DNA from: Octopus bimaculoides
Lineage: Eukaryota
NCBI RefSeq assembly: GCF_001194135.2
Contig: NC_068983.1
Location: 136,489,109 to 136,553,108 of the forward strand
Direction: 5' to 3'
Length of the DNA: 64,000 nucleotides
Position 1 is the first letter of the stretch. Every line of letters begins with the position of its first letter. Shown here in pieces: positions 39,688-51,740 of the stretch. A program made the position numbers and the translations under genes. The notes beneath the pieces were generated by a model, which searched no databases, was not told where the DNA came from, and worked only from the letters and a program-made list of their open reading frames with translations.

Positions 39688-39900
39688 CAGTGTTTCCAAC
39701 CAGAGTTCCCCCAGAACACAAGGGTTCTGTGAGAGGTTTCCCAAACAGGGTTACTCTGTAATCCCATGAGAGGTTAGTAGAGTTCCATGAGAAATGGTGC
39801 TAAATAAGCTAATTATATGCTGGCGCATTTTAGAGTTACTTTTCTGTTTAATTTTGTATTTGTAATTTTAAAGAAATCCTGATTGGTGTTAAGGGGACCT
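39688..39900 (+). mobile_element. hAT/Charlie-like MITE left end (decayed)
   Basis: CAGTGTTTCCAACCAGAGTTCCCCCAGAACACAAGGGTTCTGTGAGAGG resembles hAT MITE termini; the right end is not recognisable. Confidence 0.4.
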
Positions 39901-40109
39901 TATAGGGAAAATTATCTTTTAATAGGGAATTGTAGGGAAATTTGGTCTAAAGAAGTTCTTGGTGAAGATGGAATTTGCTAAACATTCTTTGCAGCATCTG
40001 ATGGATTTAACTTTACAAAAGTAGTTTATTCTCTTATGAAACTTCACTTTATAAAAGAGAAAGAAAAAAGATATATAATAATTATTATGTATCGAGTTAA
40101 ATTGGACAC

Positions 40110-40744
40110 TAAACTTCCACTTGCGAAGACCTGTTGAGGCAAGTGAAATCGAAATCGAGTTAAATTTGACGACTGGCACCCATGCTAACGTCGTCTCCCT
40201 CATTGGACACGAAACTCAGCTTGCGAAGACTTATTGGGGCAAGCGAAAGCGAAATTGTGATGGCATCTGTGCCCAGTTATGCCTTTCTGGCACTTGTGCC
40301 CGCGGCATGTGTAAGGACTTTCGAGCGAGATTGTTGCCAGTGCCCCTGCGGGTGGCACATAAAATACACCATTTTGAGCGTGGCCGCTGCCAGTACCGCC
40401 TGACTGGCCTTCGTAGGATTTTCGAGCGAGATCGTTGCCAGTGCCCCTGGACTGGCTCTTGTGCAGGTGGCACATAAAATACACCATTTTGAGCGTGGCC
40501 GTTGCCAGTACTGCCTGACTGGCCTTCGTGCGGGTGACATGTAAAAGCACCCACTACACTCTCTGAGTGGTTGGTGTTAGGAAGGGCATCCAGCTGTAGA
40601 AACTCTGCCAAATCAGATTGGAGCCTGGTGTTGCCATCCGGTTTCACCAGTCCTCAGTCAAATCATCCAACCCATGCTAGCATGGAAGGTGGCCGTTAAA
40701 CGATGATGATGACGATGATGATGATGATGATGACGATCATGACG

Positions 40745-40775
<31 letters not shown>
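40110..40775 (+). mobile_element. RTE 3' UTR with sub-repeat array and long (GAT)n/(CAT)n tail
   Basis: Repeated GTTGCCAGTGCCCCT..GGTGGCACATAAAATACACCATTTTGAGCGTGGCC units, then the canonical tail. Confidence 0.9.
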
Positions 40776-40776
<1 letters not shown>

Positions 40777-40949
40777 GGAAACATGGAATGTATTTCAAGG
40801 ATTCCCTAAGAGTAAAATAGTTGCATTATACTCATCTAGTCAGCTGACTTAAAACAGACCCAAGACACACCACAGAGTGATTTTAATCATTAGTGTTAAG
40901 AGGAACTGAAAATGCCGTGAAGTTCATTATCTTCATTTAGTATGTCATT

Positions 40950-42130
40950 GCAAATCAAACTGATAGAGTCTATAAAATTATGAAAATACTCTGAGCATTG
41001 TGTTAAAGTATTAGGATACCTTCAGTCTAGTGATCCAATTCCAGTGAACTGGAAGTAGAAACAAGTATAAATAATTCTTTTGTGGTTATATAAGTATGAA
41101 CTATCTAAATGTCCTGTATTTAGTAAAATTTATGTTAAGCGTGAGAAAAATAATTACTCTCAGGTAGTATGCAAATCTACAAAAATAGGTATATCAATAA
41201 AATGGTTGAGAAAATTGTAAATGAAGATTCTGCAAATCCTTATGAAATTGGCTTTTAGAATACTATAATGATGAAGATGAAATTCAATAACTTTATTAAC
41301 CACAACTGAAACAAGATACCCAGTTACTAAAATGGAAGCCTTAGCATTATACTTGCCGAAAAATTAAATTGGTCTCAGACCATAGGTCACCATTTTCATT
41401 TTTAACAATAATTCAAGCTTGCAAAAGTAATATCTGCATGTATTATAAAAACAACAGCATTTTATTATGAATATGCATTATCATGATTGGAATTTATTAA
41501 TTTGGTTTAGATGAACATGATGATGATGATGATAAAGATGATGATTTTTTTTATCCATTTTTTATAAATTAACATTATAAAATTTCAAAACATGAAAATA
41601 GGGAATAGTAATGGTAATATTTTATCTGGTATATTAAAAAGAATGATTAGTAGTAATTGGAGCAATTATTCTATTGTTGGGAGGCCATTCAGGTCATTAA
41701 TAAATACGTTAACAGTTGATAATGGTATCTTGTGTAAAAGAGAATTAATTGTTCTACCAGCATTGATGATAAAAGCTGTGCATGGTGATGTGCATTGTGA
41801 CTCAATAGCAACAAGGAAGTGGCTGGAATTAAGAGCACACTGGCCAAGCTACTGTAAAGATGTGGAACATTAAGTAAGATGTTGAACATATGCTGGAAAA
41901 ATCTGATATTATCTTACACAGTTCATACTTAGCCTAAAGAAATTAAAACTTGGATACATTATGCATAAGGATCATGCTTATATATGAAGATGTTAGGACT
42001 GTTCCTTAATACGTTAATGCATCCTTTGGGTGGACAGATATATTAAGGGTTATGAATAAAGAAGCACAAATAGTTATGCAGGTATTAAAGAACTGTGTTT
42101 TCCTGAAATAATATTCCAGAAAATTAATGT
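40950..42130 (+). mobile_element. Decayed Ty3/Gypsy pol (RNase H and integrase)
   Basis: ETRYPVTKMEALAL and LVSDHRSP (RNase H); AVHGDVHC...LRAHWPSYCKDVEH*VRC (HHCC zinc finger); KDHAY...NASFGWTDILRV (integrase core). Confidence 0.8.
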
Positions 42131-42164
42131 CTAATAAAGCCTGTTATTTTTATGATGATATGCA

Positions 42165-42960
42165 TTTTCATCATCATCATCATCATTTAATGTCCACCTT
42201 CCATGCTGGCACAGGTGGGACAGTTTGACAGGAGCCAGCCAGGCAGAAACCTGCACCAGACTTCTGTGTCTGTTTTGGCAGGATTTTTACAGCTGGATGC
42301 CTGTCCTAACACCAACCACCCAGCAGAGTAGGCTGAGTGCTTTTTACATGGTTTTTACAGACGAGGTTAGTTTTGGTAAGGTTTTTATAGCTGGATGCCC
42401 TTCCAAATGCCAACCACTTTACAGTGTGGACTGGATGCTTTTTAAGTGGCACCTGCACTAATAGGATAACCAAGTAACTTGCAAGACAAAAATCTTTTGA
42501 GAGGAGAGGGGGCCTTGAAGGAGGTGATCTTGTGTCAGATGATGGTTATAGTGAGACAGAAATAGGTGTCTTGTTGTAGAAGAGGTACAAGGTTACCCAG
42601 CTGGAGAGAGAGAGTGAGTGAGAGATCAGGAATGAGGATAGAGACGGGTGTGCTGTCGTAAAGGAAATACATGGTTACCCAAACTGAGGAGAAGGAGAGA
42701 GAGGTGGGGGGAGACAGCAGGAGAGAGATGGTGGCGAAGTGCTGGTCATACTCGCAAGGGATGGCGATCAGAATATAAATGGGATGGTCGAGTAAAAGAA
42801 GAGATAGATGGTGGAAAGTGCTAGGGCATACGCTTGAGGTTTGAAGGTCATAATATGTGGCAGGAGCATGAGTAAAGTGTGGAGAAGGGGAATGCAGTGA
42901 GTGGTGAAAATCTGGGTATAAAAAGGGGGTGGGGAGGGGGCTGTTAAAATGGATTGCAAC
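42165..42960 (-). mobile_element. RTE-tailed non-autonomous repeat with GA-rich body
   Basis: (CAT)n tail, duplicated CTGGATGCC..AACCAC motif, then a purine-rich tract. Confidence 0.7.
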
Positions 42961-44553
42961 TTGGTGTTTTAGAATCTCTCATAATTATAACTTGATAAGA
43001 ATTATATTTAAACCTTGTATATTAGACTCATATTGGTGTTTTCTGCATTAATACTTTCAAGATCAACCTGTAATTGAATGCATTGAGCATTGTAAATAAA
43101 TCTTTTAGTTTATTTCACAATCTATTTGCTAGCAGATGTCTTGTTTGCAAGACATGTAAAGGGGAATCAAAGTTGTCCCAGATAGGCCTAAGAATTATTG
43201 TACTCACGTCTTTACCTTTTTCTCATTATTAAGTTCAAAAAGATGAGGCAGTGCCCAAAGCCTAAGTCTGAAAAAATAACTAGAGAATTAAAACTGGATC
43301 AATATTTACTTCTCTAGGAACCTACCTCCTCATTCACCTCACATATCGTCAGTAATAGACAACCAATACACATGCAAGCTGATCCTCTACATATTAGCTT
43401 GACTTGCTCAAAATAGCAGTCAAATTTTCTCCAAATGACACTGTACTATTTAAAAACATAGAGATAAATGCATTAGATGTAATAGTCCTAAATGCACTAC
43501 CTGAAAAAAGGAAGAATGAGTTTCATAATAGAGTGCTTTTGATCATACATTTGCTCAAGCTGGGCCAACATATGAACAGCAACAACCAACACTTATTTCA
43601 CCAAATTTGGAAGAATTAAAGTCATCGTTGACTTACAATTTGATTTGAATGCAGAAACATCAATCACCAAATGAAATATAAGAAAGCTTCATATCTAACA
43701 TGTCAATACATGTAGAAAATAATAATAATAATAATAACTGTCTCCTAAGAGTTGATACAAAGCTCAGGTTTCTTGATGTTAGGCAGATTCAATATAAATT
43801 TTCCACTGGATAAGACACATTTACATTTCAATTAACATTCCCTAAGAATTTAATTCCTTATAACTTACAACTATGTAGACTGAAGTGCATAGCATTGAGA
43901 GTATAACTGAAATACGCAATATGAGTTGATAGTAAAAGAAGCTATTTATATTTAATCATTTTGCTCATACAACTACAATCCAGCTAACTATCTTTACATT
44001 GATATATATCAGTATAATACAGAATATATATACATAATAGTGTCTGTGTACATGTGTTTCCTCACTGTCTTTTATTGGCATGTCAATTTTGGAAAAATTT
44101 TTAGATTGTCTTACTTTTCCATTTGGAATTTGTCCCAGTTACTACCAAACAATTGGTCTACCCTTTCTAAAAGTGGTAATAATTTCAATAAATCAAGAAT
44201 TTATCCTGTATTCTTTTTAATTTAACCCTTATTCATATTTGTTCTTCAAATATGTAAACTACTGACCACTCTGGGTTAGTTTTCTTAACCCATGTTTATT
44301 TCAGATATATACATGTATGTGTGCTTGAGAAAACCCATCCAGTTGACATAGCACAGCATGTCTAAGATTCTGAAAGCATAACATGTTTGCACACAACTGG
44401 GTCCCTCCCCTGAGTCACTTCCTATTGATATTCATCCCATCATCCCCATCCTACTTATATTCACCATCACCCACCACACTTTTGTTTATATTTATCCTTT
44501 ATTCTCCCCCACTACACACAAATACATAAAAAACACACTCTTACAAACTTTAA

Positions 44554-44776
44554 CCCTTTAGTGTTTACATTATTCTGCCATAATTAATGCTTTTTTTTAT
44601 CCACGTTATTTTGAACTAATCATGCATTATCTCGTAGCTATGAGATTTTGATGAGGTAGCTGTTAATTTTTAAAACGATATTGTAGGGTTGGTGGGAGAG
44701 ACCAGATCTGGCCAGTTTGAACATAGAATAGGCAGAATACTTTTGGCCGGATATGGCCGGTTTAAATGCTAAAGGG
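44554..44776. mobile_element. piggyBac-like MITE with TTAA TSD
   Basis: TTAA|CCCTTTAGTGTTT ... AAATGCTAAAGGG|TTAA, with TSDs at 44550-53 and 44777-80; 223 bp. Confidence 0.8.
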
Positions 44777-45881
44777 TTAACATCTTCATCTCTTCAACAT
44801 TCATCCCACCATCATTCTCCTATCTTCTGTATTATTCTGATGATGTAATTTTAGAACTTGTTGCTACATGCCATATCACACCATTGTTTCTGTATAGCAA
44901 GTTACCTTTTCCTCTCTTCTGATCTACTCCCAATTGACATCCATCTTTCATCCCATATTTACCAACCACTACCATTGTTCACCATTCACTACATTCACCT
45001 TCTACATACATCTGACCACCTCATTCTTCACTCCTCTTACTTATCAGCTCCCCTGGGTATGTTTCAAACAACAACAAATCCTTTGAGTGAGATATGATGA
45101 TAAAACATCTTCTATTCATAGCTGCGTGGTTGCATTCATTTGTTCTTCTTGGCTCAGGGCATTTCAGCAATGACGTTCTCCTCTTTAATGGAATTATAAC
45201 CTAAAGGGACTGGGACATCCTTGGCTGTAGGCATTACAGAAAATGTTAGAGCAGGATCTTGCTCTAACATTTTATTTTTTCCTTCATGTTGTTTCATACA
45301 GCTTGACACTGCAACATTTACTTTATTCTCTGCTATTGTTTGCATGCATGCAAACAAATATACATACATTTTAAAGTTATCTTCACAGATATTCTATAGA
45401 ATTTAGATCCAGCACCAAAAGTTATAACATCTTGGATACAAATAAGTCTATGTGATTGAAGATAGAAAACAGACAATGGGTGTATATGCATTTTCAGGAG
45501 TTATTGCTCTTTCTTCAGCACTACAGCCAATCCATTAACCTTCCACAAACACATTGTTTAAACAGCCACTAAGTTTAGCAGTGAAACATTATTGGATAAA
45601 CAAACTTACATATTAAACACATTCTTGGCAACTGGTATGTAGGTACATCATATTTCATTCAGCAACCATAATATACTATCAAGTGATTGAATCACACTGC
45701 TAACTCAGAAAGGTAGAATATAGTATTGATTTCTAAATCTTTACTATATTTAGTAGTATACTGTATCCCTACCAACAATACATACATATATACGTACATA
45801 CATATACTCAAGAAGAACTTAAATTAAACTCAGAGAAAAACCATACATACATGCATGGATGCATACATATGTATGTGTGTC

Positions 45882-46776
45882 TCATCATCATCATCATCGT
45901 TTAATGTCCGCTTTCCATGCTAGCATGGGTTGGACGATTTGACTGAGGACTGGTGGACCAGATGGCTACACAAGGCTCCAGTCTGATTTGGCAGAGTTTC
46001 TACAGCTGGATGCCCTTCCTAACGTCAACCACTCTGAGAGTGTAGTGGGTGCCTTTACGTGCCACCAGCAAGAAGGCCAGTCAGGAGGTACTGGCAATAA
46101 CCACGCTCAAATGGTGTTTTTTTACGTGCCACCTGCACAGGAGCCAGTCCAGTGGCACTGGCAATGATCTCTCTCAAATGTTTTTTCACGTGCCACCGGC
46201 ACAAGTGCTAGGAAGGCGACGTTGGTAACGATCACGCTCAAATGGTGATATTTACATGCCACTGGCAAGGAAACCAGACAGCTGCTCTGGCAATGATCAC
46301 GCTCGAACGGTGCTCTTAGAGCTCCACTGGTACAGGTGCCATCACGATTTCGCCTTCGCTTGCCCCAACAGGTCTTCGCAAGCAGAGTTTAGTGTCCAAT
46401 GAAGGAAAGGTTGGCATGGGTGCCAGTCATTGAATTTAGTTCAATTTCGATTTCCCTTGCCTCAACAGGTCTTTGCAAGCGGAGTTTAGTGTCCAACGAA
46501 GGAAAGGTACGCATAAGTGGGCTGGCTACATCCCTGGCAGAGGCCTTGGATTTTGGTCTCACTTGGCTTGCTGAGTCTTCTCACACACAGCCTATTTATA
46601 AAGGTCTCGGTCACAAGTCATTGCCTCGGTGAGGCCTAATGTTCGAAGGTCATGCTTCACCACTTCATCCCAGGTCTTCCTGGGCCTACCTCTTCCACAG
46701 GTTCCCTCAACCGCTAGGGTGTGGCACTTTTTCACGCAGCTATCCTCATCCATTCTTGCCACATATCCATACCAGT
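45882..46776 (-). mobile_element. RTE LINE 3' end (ORF C-terminus, 3' UTR, tail), cut by a gap
   Basis: Minus strand encodes WYGYVARMDEDSCVKKCHTLAVEGTCGRGRPRKTWDEVVKHDLRTLGL; sub-repeated UTR and (GAT)n tail at 45882-45900. Confidence 0.9.
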
Positions 46777-47277
46777 NNNNNNNNNNNNNNNNNNNNNNNN
46801 NNNNNNNNNNNNNNNNNNNNNNNNNNNNNNNNNNNNNNNNNNNNNNNNNNNNNNNNNNNNNNNNNNNNNNNNNNNNNNNNNNNNNNNNNNNNNNNNNNNN
46901 NNNNNNNNNNNNNNNNNNNNNNNNNNNNNNNNNNNNNNNNNNNNNNNNNNNNNNNNNNNNNNNNNNNNNNNNNNNNNNNNNNNNNNNNNNNNNNNNNNNN
47001 NNNNNNNNNNNNNNNNNNNNNNNNNNNNNNNNNNNNNNNNNNNNNNNNNNNNNNNNNNNNNNNNNNNNNNNNNNNNNNNNNNNNNNNNNNNNNNNNNNNN
47101 NNNNNNNNNNNNNNNNNNNNNNNNNNNNNNNNNNNNNNNNNNNNNNNNNNNNNNNNNNNNNNNNNNNNNNNNNNNNNNNNNNNNNNNNNNNNNNNNNNNN
47201 NNNNNNNNNNNNNNNNNNNNNNNNNNNNNNNNNNNNNNNNNNNNNNNNNNNNNNNNNNNNNNNNNNNNNNNNNNNNN
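46777..47277. other. Assembly gap (N)
   Basis: Run of N. Confidence 1.
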
Positions 47278-47301
47278 TATATATATATAGTCACACATAT
47301 A

Positions 47302-48214
47302 CAGTGATTTCTCAACTATCACATGTGTTATGTTCCAAAACCCCCTACGATAGCTAAAATCCGCGAAGTAGAAACAGTACAGTAGTATATATTTTTTTAT
47401 CATTTTTATAATTTGTATATATCTATTTTATTATTTTTATATATATAAGCTTTTATAAACTCGCCCCACACACTTGGGAGCACCTGTGTCTTCTCTTTTT
47501 TTGCAGATGAGGAACATAGTGATGGGCAGTTGCTGACACTGCCTTTTCTTCTGTGTAAGGAGGTTTTTATAAACTTCCATGGCTCTGTCAATTGCATTTC
47601 TAAACTGCAATGCAAGAATCATCTGGCCATCTGAGTCCTCCATCATTCTCTGAAGTTCTTTTGCTAGAATTGAGAGATGTTCTAGTGATAGGCTGCATAC
47701 CTTCTCCCTTCCTTAAGCATGTCAAGGAGTCTCACCTTCTCTGCTATAGTAAGCATCTTCCTCTGGCACTTGGGTTCATTGCCAGAAGCCTTAGAAGGTG
47801 CACAACATTTGGGTAACTTTATAGGACTTGCGATAAACTCACAATTTTACACACAAAAGTAAAACAACACCACACACTTGCCTCCCAAGTTTCAATTTCC
47901 AAACAGTATGTGCGATTCTTTGTTTACTCATCTACAGTACACTATGTATTTTCTTTTAATATATTTTAATTAATGTGTTATACAGTGCAGTACTGTACTG
48001 TATTTTTACTTATTATTTCATCAATTTGTAGGTGTGAAAATGTTTATTTTACCACAGAAATAATTAAAATCTAAAAAAATATAAATACTTATCAACCGCA
48101 GAAACCCATGATATACTGAGAAGTCCACAATATAAATTTATATATATTAGCCTGAAAAATCCACAATGTACTGAGGGCGCGATAGGTGAACCACGATGTG
48201 GTGAGTGATTACTG
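47302..48214 (-). mobile_element. Internally deleted Tigger/pogo-type transposon
   Basis: TA|CAGTGATTTCTC ... GAGTGATTACTG|TA ends. Minus strand has N-terminal PKCCAPSKASGNEPKCQRKMLTIAEKVRLLDMLKEGRRYAA (HTH-psq) close to C-terminal ALQFRNAIDRAMEVYKNLLTQKKRQCQQLPITMFL, with no DDE core between them. Confidence 0.85.
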
Positions 48215-48479
48215 TATATGTATATATAATGGAAGCTGAAATTTCACAAATCATTACTCCAAGTTTCTTATGCCAATCTTCAAACAGGCCTTAACAAAAT
48301 TGTATGTGAGAGTATGTCCACATGTCAGCATGTATGAATGCATTCATGTAAGAATGCATTCTCATTTACCTGCAAGAGTGGTGGATTGCAGTATATCTGC
48401 AGAATAAATGATTGATAAACTCTGTTTTGTTTGATGTAGAAATTATTACTCTTATAATGCTTGCTAAGGGAAATGACTA

Positions 48480-50000
48480 GGCTATAAAATCTTTATAAAA
48501 CTTAAGCTATGTTGTTCAGGTTTTAGCTGCTATACAACCTTTTTTCTCCATTTATTTGTTCTGGATCTTTTGGACTTGTTAGCAGTCGTATTTCTAAGGT
48601 TATCATAGCAGGGTTGTCGTTAAGGTACAGTTGAACTGTTGATCATGTAACAACATTCTACTTGTTTTTACTGTACATGTTTACAATTCCTTCCCCTCTG
48701 ATAATTTCATTTGTGATTTTTAAGAATTTTGTATCAACTTTATAGATTCTTTCACAAACAAATGGAGTTCCAGATATTCAAACTATTCTTAATATCTTCA
48801 TTTGGTTATTGTTTAGACTTTATTTAACTCTGATCCAGGAGACTCATGACATTCAGCTTTGACCTATCCAGTCTTTTTCTTCAGACACAGTGTATCTAGG
48901 ATTACATTATCCAATGCATTTTCACAATTTTTAAAGACAGTAAGACATTATTCAAGGAAAGTTTAACAGCTATTTCTAACAGATCTGGCTTGGTTATACA
49001 ATGGTGAGGCATAGACTAGTGCAGAGTGACTCAAGATCACTGTTTTGATGCTCTGTTGTTTTCAGATTCATATCTTTGCAGCCAGACCTTTGCGTTCGAG
49101 TAGGATCATTGTATATTTAAATTTTATTTTCTGCTTCATGGTGCATATGTACCACAATGAAGTGTTTGTTTCTTCAAAATGTGCCCTTTTTGTGTCAAAG
49201 GTCTTGTTGGCAAGTAGCTTTATCAGTGCAGACTGTTTTTATTTAAAGTAGTGGGTATTTTATAGAAATCTTTTGTAATACTTTATAGATCATGGAACTT
49301 GCAGTTACTGGATTTTGATTCAGTTATTTGATGATTGTTTTTTATTTTCTGTGTAGCTCCAAACTGTTATAAAAATAACATTTAGCACTTAGCATTAATG
49401 ATATTTGATAAACTCTTAGTGACTTCTAGACAAATCTTTTGATCTTCATACCAGTAGTATTGGTATGAGGTTGTGCTTAACAGATCTAAGATTCAATCCT
49501 CAACAGGTAAAAATAATTTGAAGATAGTAAACAAAAACTCTTGGGTAAAACCGAGTATCCTAGAAATGCACTGCGGAAGTTTCTAACCAAACAGTTGATA
49601 TTAGTCAGATATTTTCAAACTGAATCCAACATTTTTCCTACTCATCCAGAACAGTTACATATATTAATAGCCAAAGATAATAAAATGTATACATTCTCTT
49701 TGAAAATTTTACAAGGAACGGGATAGCTTCTTGATTGGCAAGTCTGTCTACACTTGGCTTTATGTCAGTGAATCTTGGTATATGTTTATTTACCATTCCT
49801 TAACACTAACGCACAGTTTTGCTTGTCTCTTCATATCAATTGATTGCTTTTGATAATGGTGTATACAAACAGTATAAATTTGTTTGTAAAATTCTATTAA
49901 TACACCGAAACAGTTTATTTGTATTCATACATTTAGCTCTGCTTCTCTCACTTCTTTCTTTTGAATTTCTTGTTTATAATTTTAAGTTCCAGGAAACAGA
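48480..50000 (-). mobile_element. Possible very old pogo-like transposase remnant
   Basis: SYLPTRPL and SYSNAKVWLQ resemble pogo LPTRTL and SNAKAWM; many stops. Confidence 0.3.
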
Positions 50001-50049
50001 ATATCCCAGTCTATGTAATCATATACATTGCCTGGTTTAGCACCAGTAT

Positions 50050-50300
50050 GTGGTCCATCAACATCAATGATGAGAGACCCTTTTCATGATCAATGAGCCT
50101 GCTAAAAATAGCAGCCAAATTTCTTTCAATATAAACTCCCTGCCATCTTAAATAAAGAATAGACATATTAGATAATGTTATCTTAGAATTACTATATCTT
50201 TATCTTGAAAAAGAAAAACTATAGTCATGGTTGGATTTCATTTGGTCAAAGGTGAACTCAAATCAGGGATGAACTAAAGCTAAACAACAAGAATGACAAT
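50050..50300 (+). mobile_element. (AAC)n-tailed repeat copy
   Basis: CTGCTAAAAATAGCAGCCAAAT..CCTGCCATCTTAAA..GCTAAACAACAAG. Confidence 0.55.
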
Positions 50301-51192
50301 ACCATTTAAAATCTTCACTCTATCGCAAAGATTTGGATCAGACACCTGGGTCTGTGCTCACCTGTTGGTACTTGTTGTTCATACAAGCTGGATACATGTT
50401 AACTTGTTCCAATTTGCCAGCTTTAAGAGTTTAGTTGTGATAAGAAGAGCATTCAATTATAAAAACTATTTCTCCAATGACACAAGCTTTGAAAATTGGA
50501 GGTAGAACAGTTAAAAAGAAGATTTATAGATTGAATTCGTTGAATTTTGTTTTCTTTTCCTTGGATTTGTGGATACAGTTAATAGTGATTCTCCCCTTGT
50601 TCCTCAAAACACCAAGTTTATCCACCACAACAATGCAACCACTGTGGTTTGGCAGAATGGAAACATTACAATTCTCTTTGAACCTAGCAGGATATAAGAC
50701 TGAAAATAAACATGTTTATATATCTTTGTTGATGAAAATATCATTCCTTTCATTTCCTACACCTCTTTATCATCATCATCATCATCACCATTTGCTTTCC
50801 ATGCTGAAAAGGGTTAGACTGGGCATCTCATTTTAAGTCAGTTCCTATTTGAAGTTACTACCCTCTAGATATGTCCACTAACCATGCTTGCTTGCACATT
50901 TCATTTTGGTATGGATTGTATGGCTGGATGTCTTTCCTAACACCAACCAGTTTACAGATTGTAGTGATCACATTTTATCAAGAGAAGTTTTCAATGTCCT
51001 CAAGGCTATGTGATGAGAAATTAGCTTTCAACTATATAATTTTGGTTTCATTCCCACTGCACAACACCTTAAGCACATGTCTTCTGTTATAGCTCATAGC
51101 TAACTAAAGCCTTGTCAATGGATTTTTGGGGACAGAAACTGAACAGAAGCCTGTCATGTGTGTGTGTGTATGAATATATATATATATATATC

Positions 51193-51740
51193 ACCTCCTG
51201 GTCCACCAGTCCTCAGTCAAATCGTCCAACCCATGCTAGCATGGAAAGCAGACGTTAAACGACGATGATGATGATGATGATGATGATGCCAGTGGAGCAC
51301 TAACAGCACCGTCCAAGCATGATCATTGCCAGAGCAGCTGTCTGGCTTCTGTGCAAGTGGCACGTAAATAGCACCATTTGAGTGTGATCGTTACCAGCGT
51401 CGCCTTACTGGTACTTGTGCCGGTGGCACGGTAGAAAACATTCAAGTGAGGACATTGCCAGTGCTGCTGGACTGGCTCCTGTGCAGGTGGCATGTAAAAA
51501 ACACCATTTTGAGCATTGCCGTTGCCAGTACCGCCTGACTGACGCTTATGTCGGTGGCACATAAAAGCACGCACTACACTCTTGGAGTGGTTGGTGTTAG
51601 GAAGGGCATCCAGCTGTAGAAACTCTGGCAGATCAGATTGGAGCCTGGTGCAGCCATCTGGTTCACCAGTCCTCAGTCAAATCGTCCAACCCATGCTAGC
51701 ATGGAAAGCAGACATTAAACGATGATGATGATGATGATAT
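51193..51740 (+). mobile_element. Two tandem RTE 3' ends (short tail 51193-51290, then UTR plus tail 51290-51740)
   Basis: CACCAGTCCTCAGTCAAATCGTCCAACCCATGCTAGCATGGAAAGCAGAC..AAACGA(C/T)GATG occurs twice. Confidence 0.9.

Noticed and set aside
45154-45406. Protein-like ORFs around the palindrome
   Set aside because: No splice sites or homology recognised, and all plus-strand frames after the nearby acceptor hit stops.
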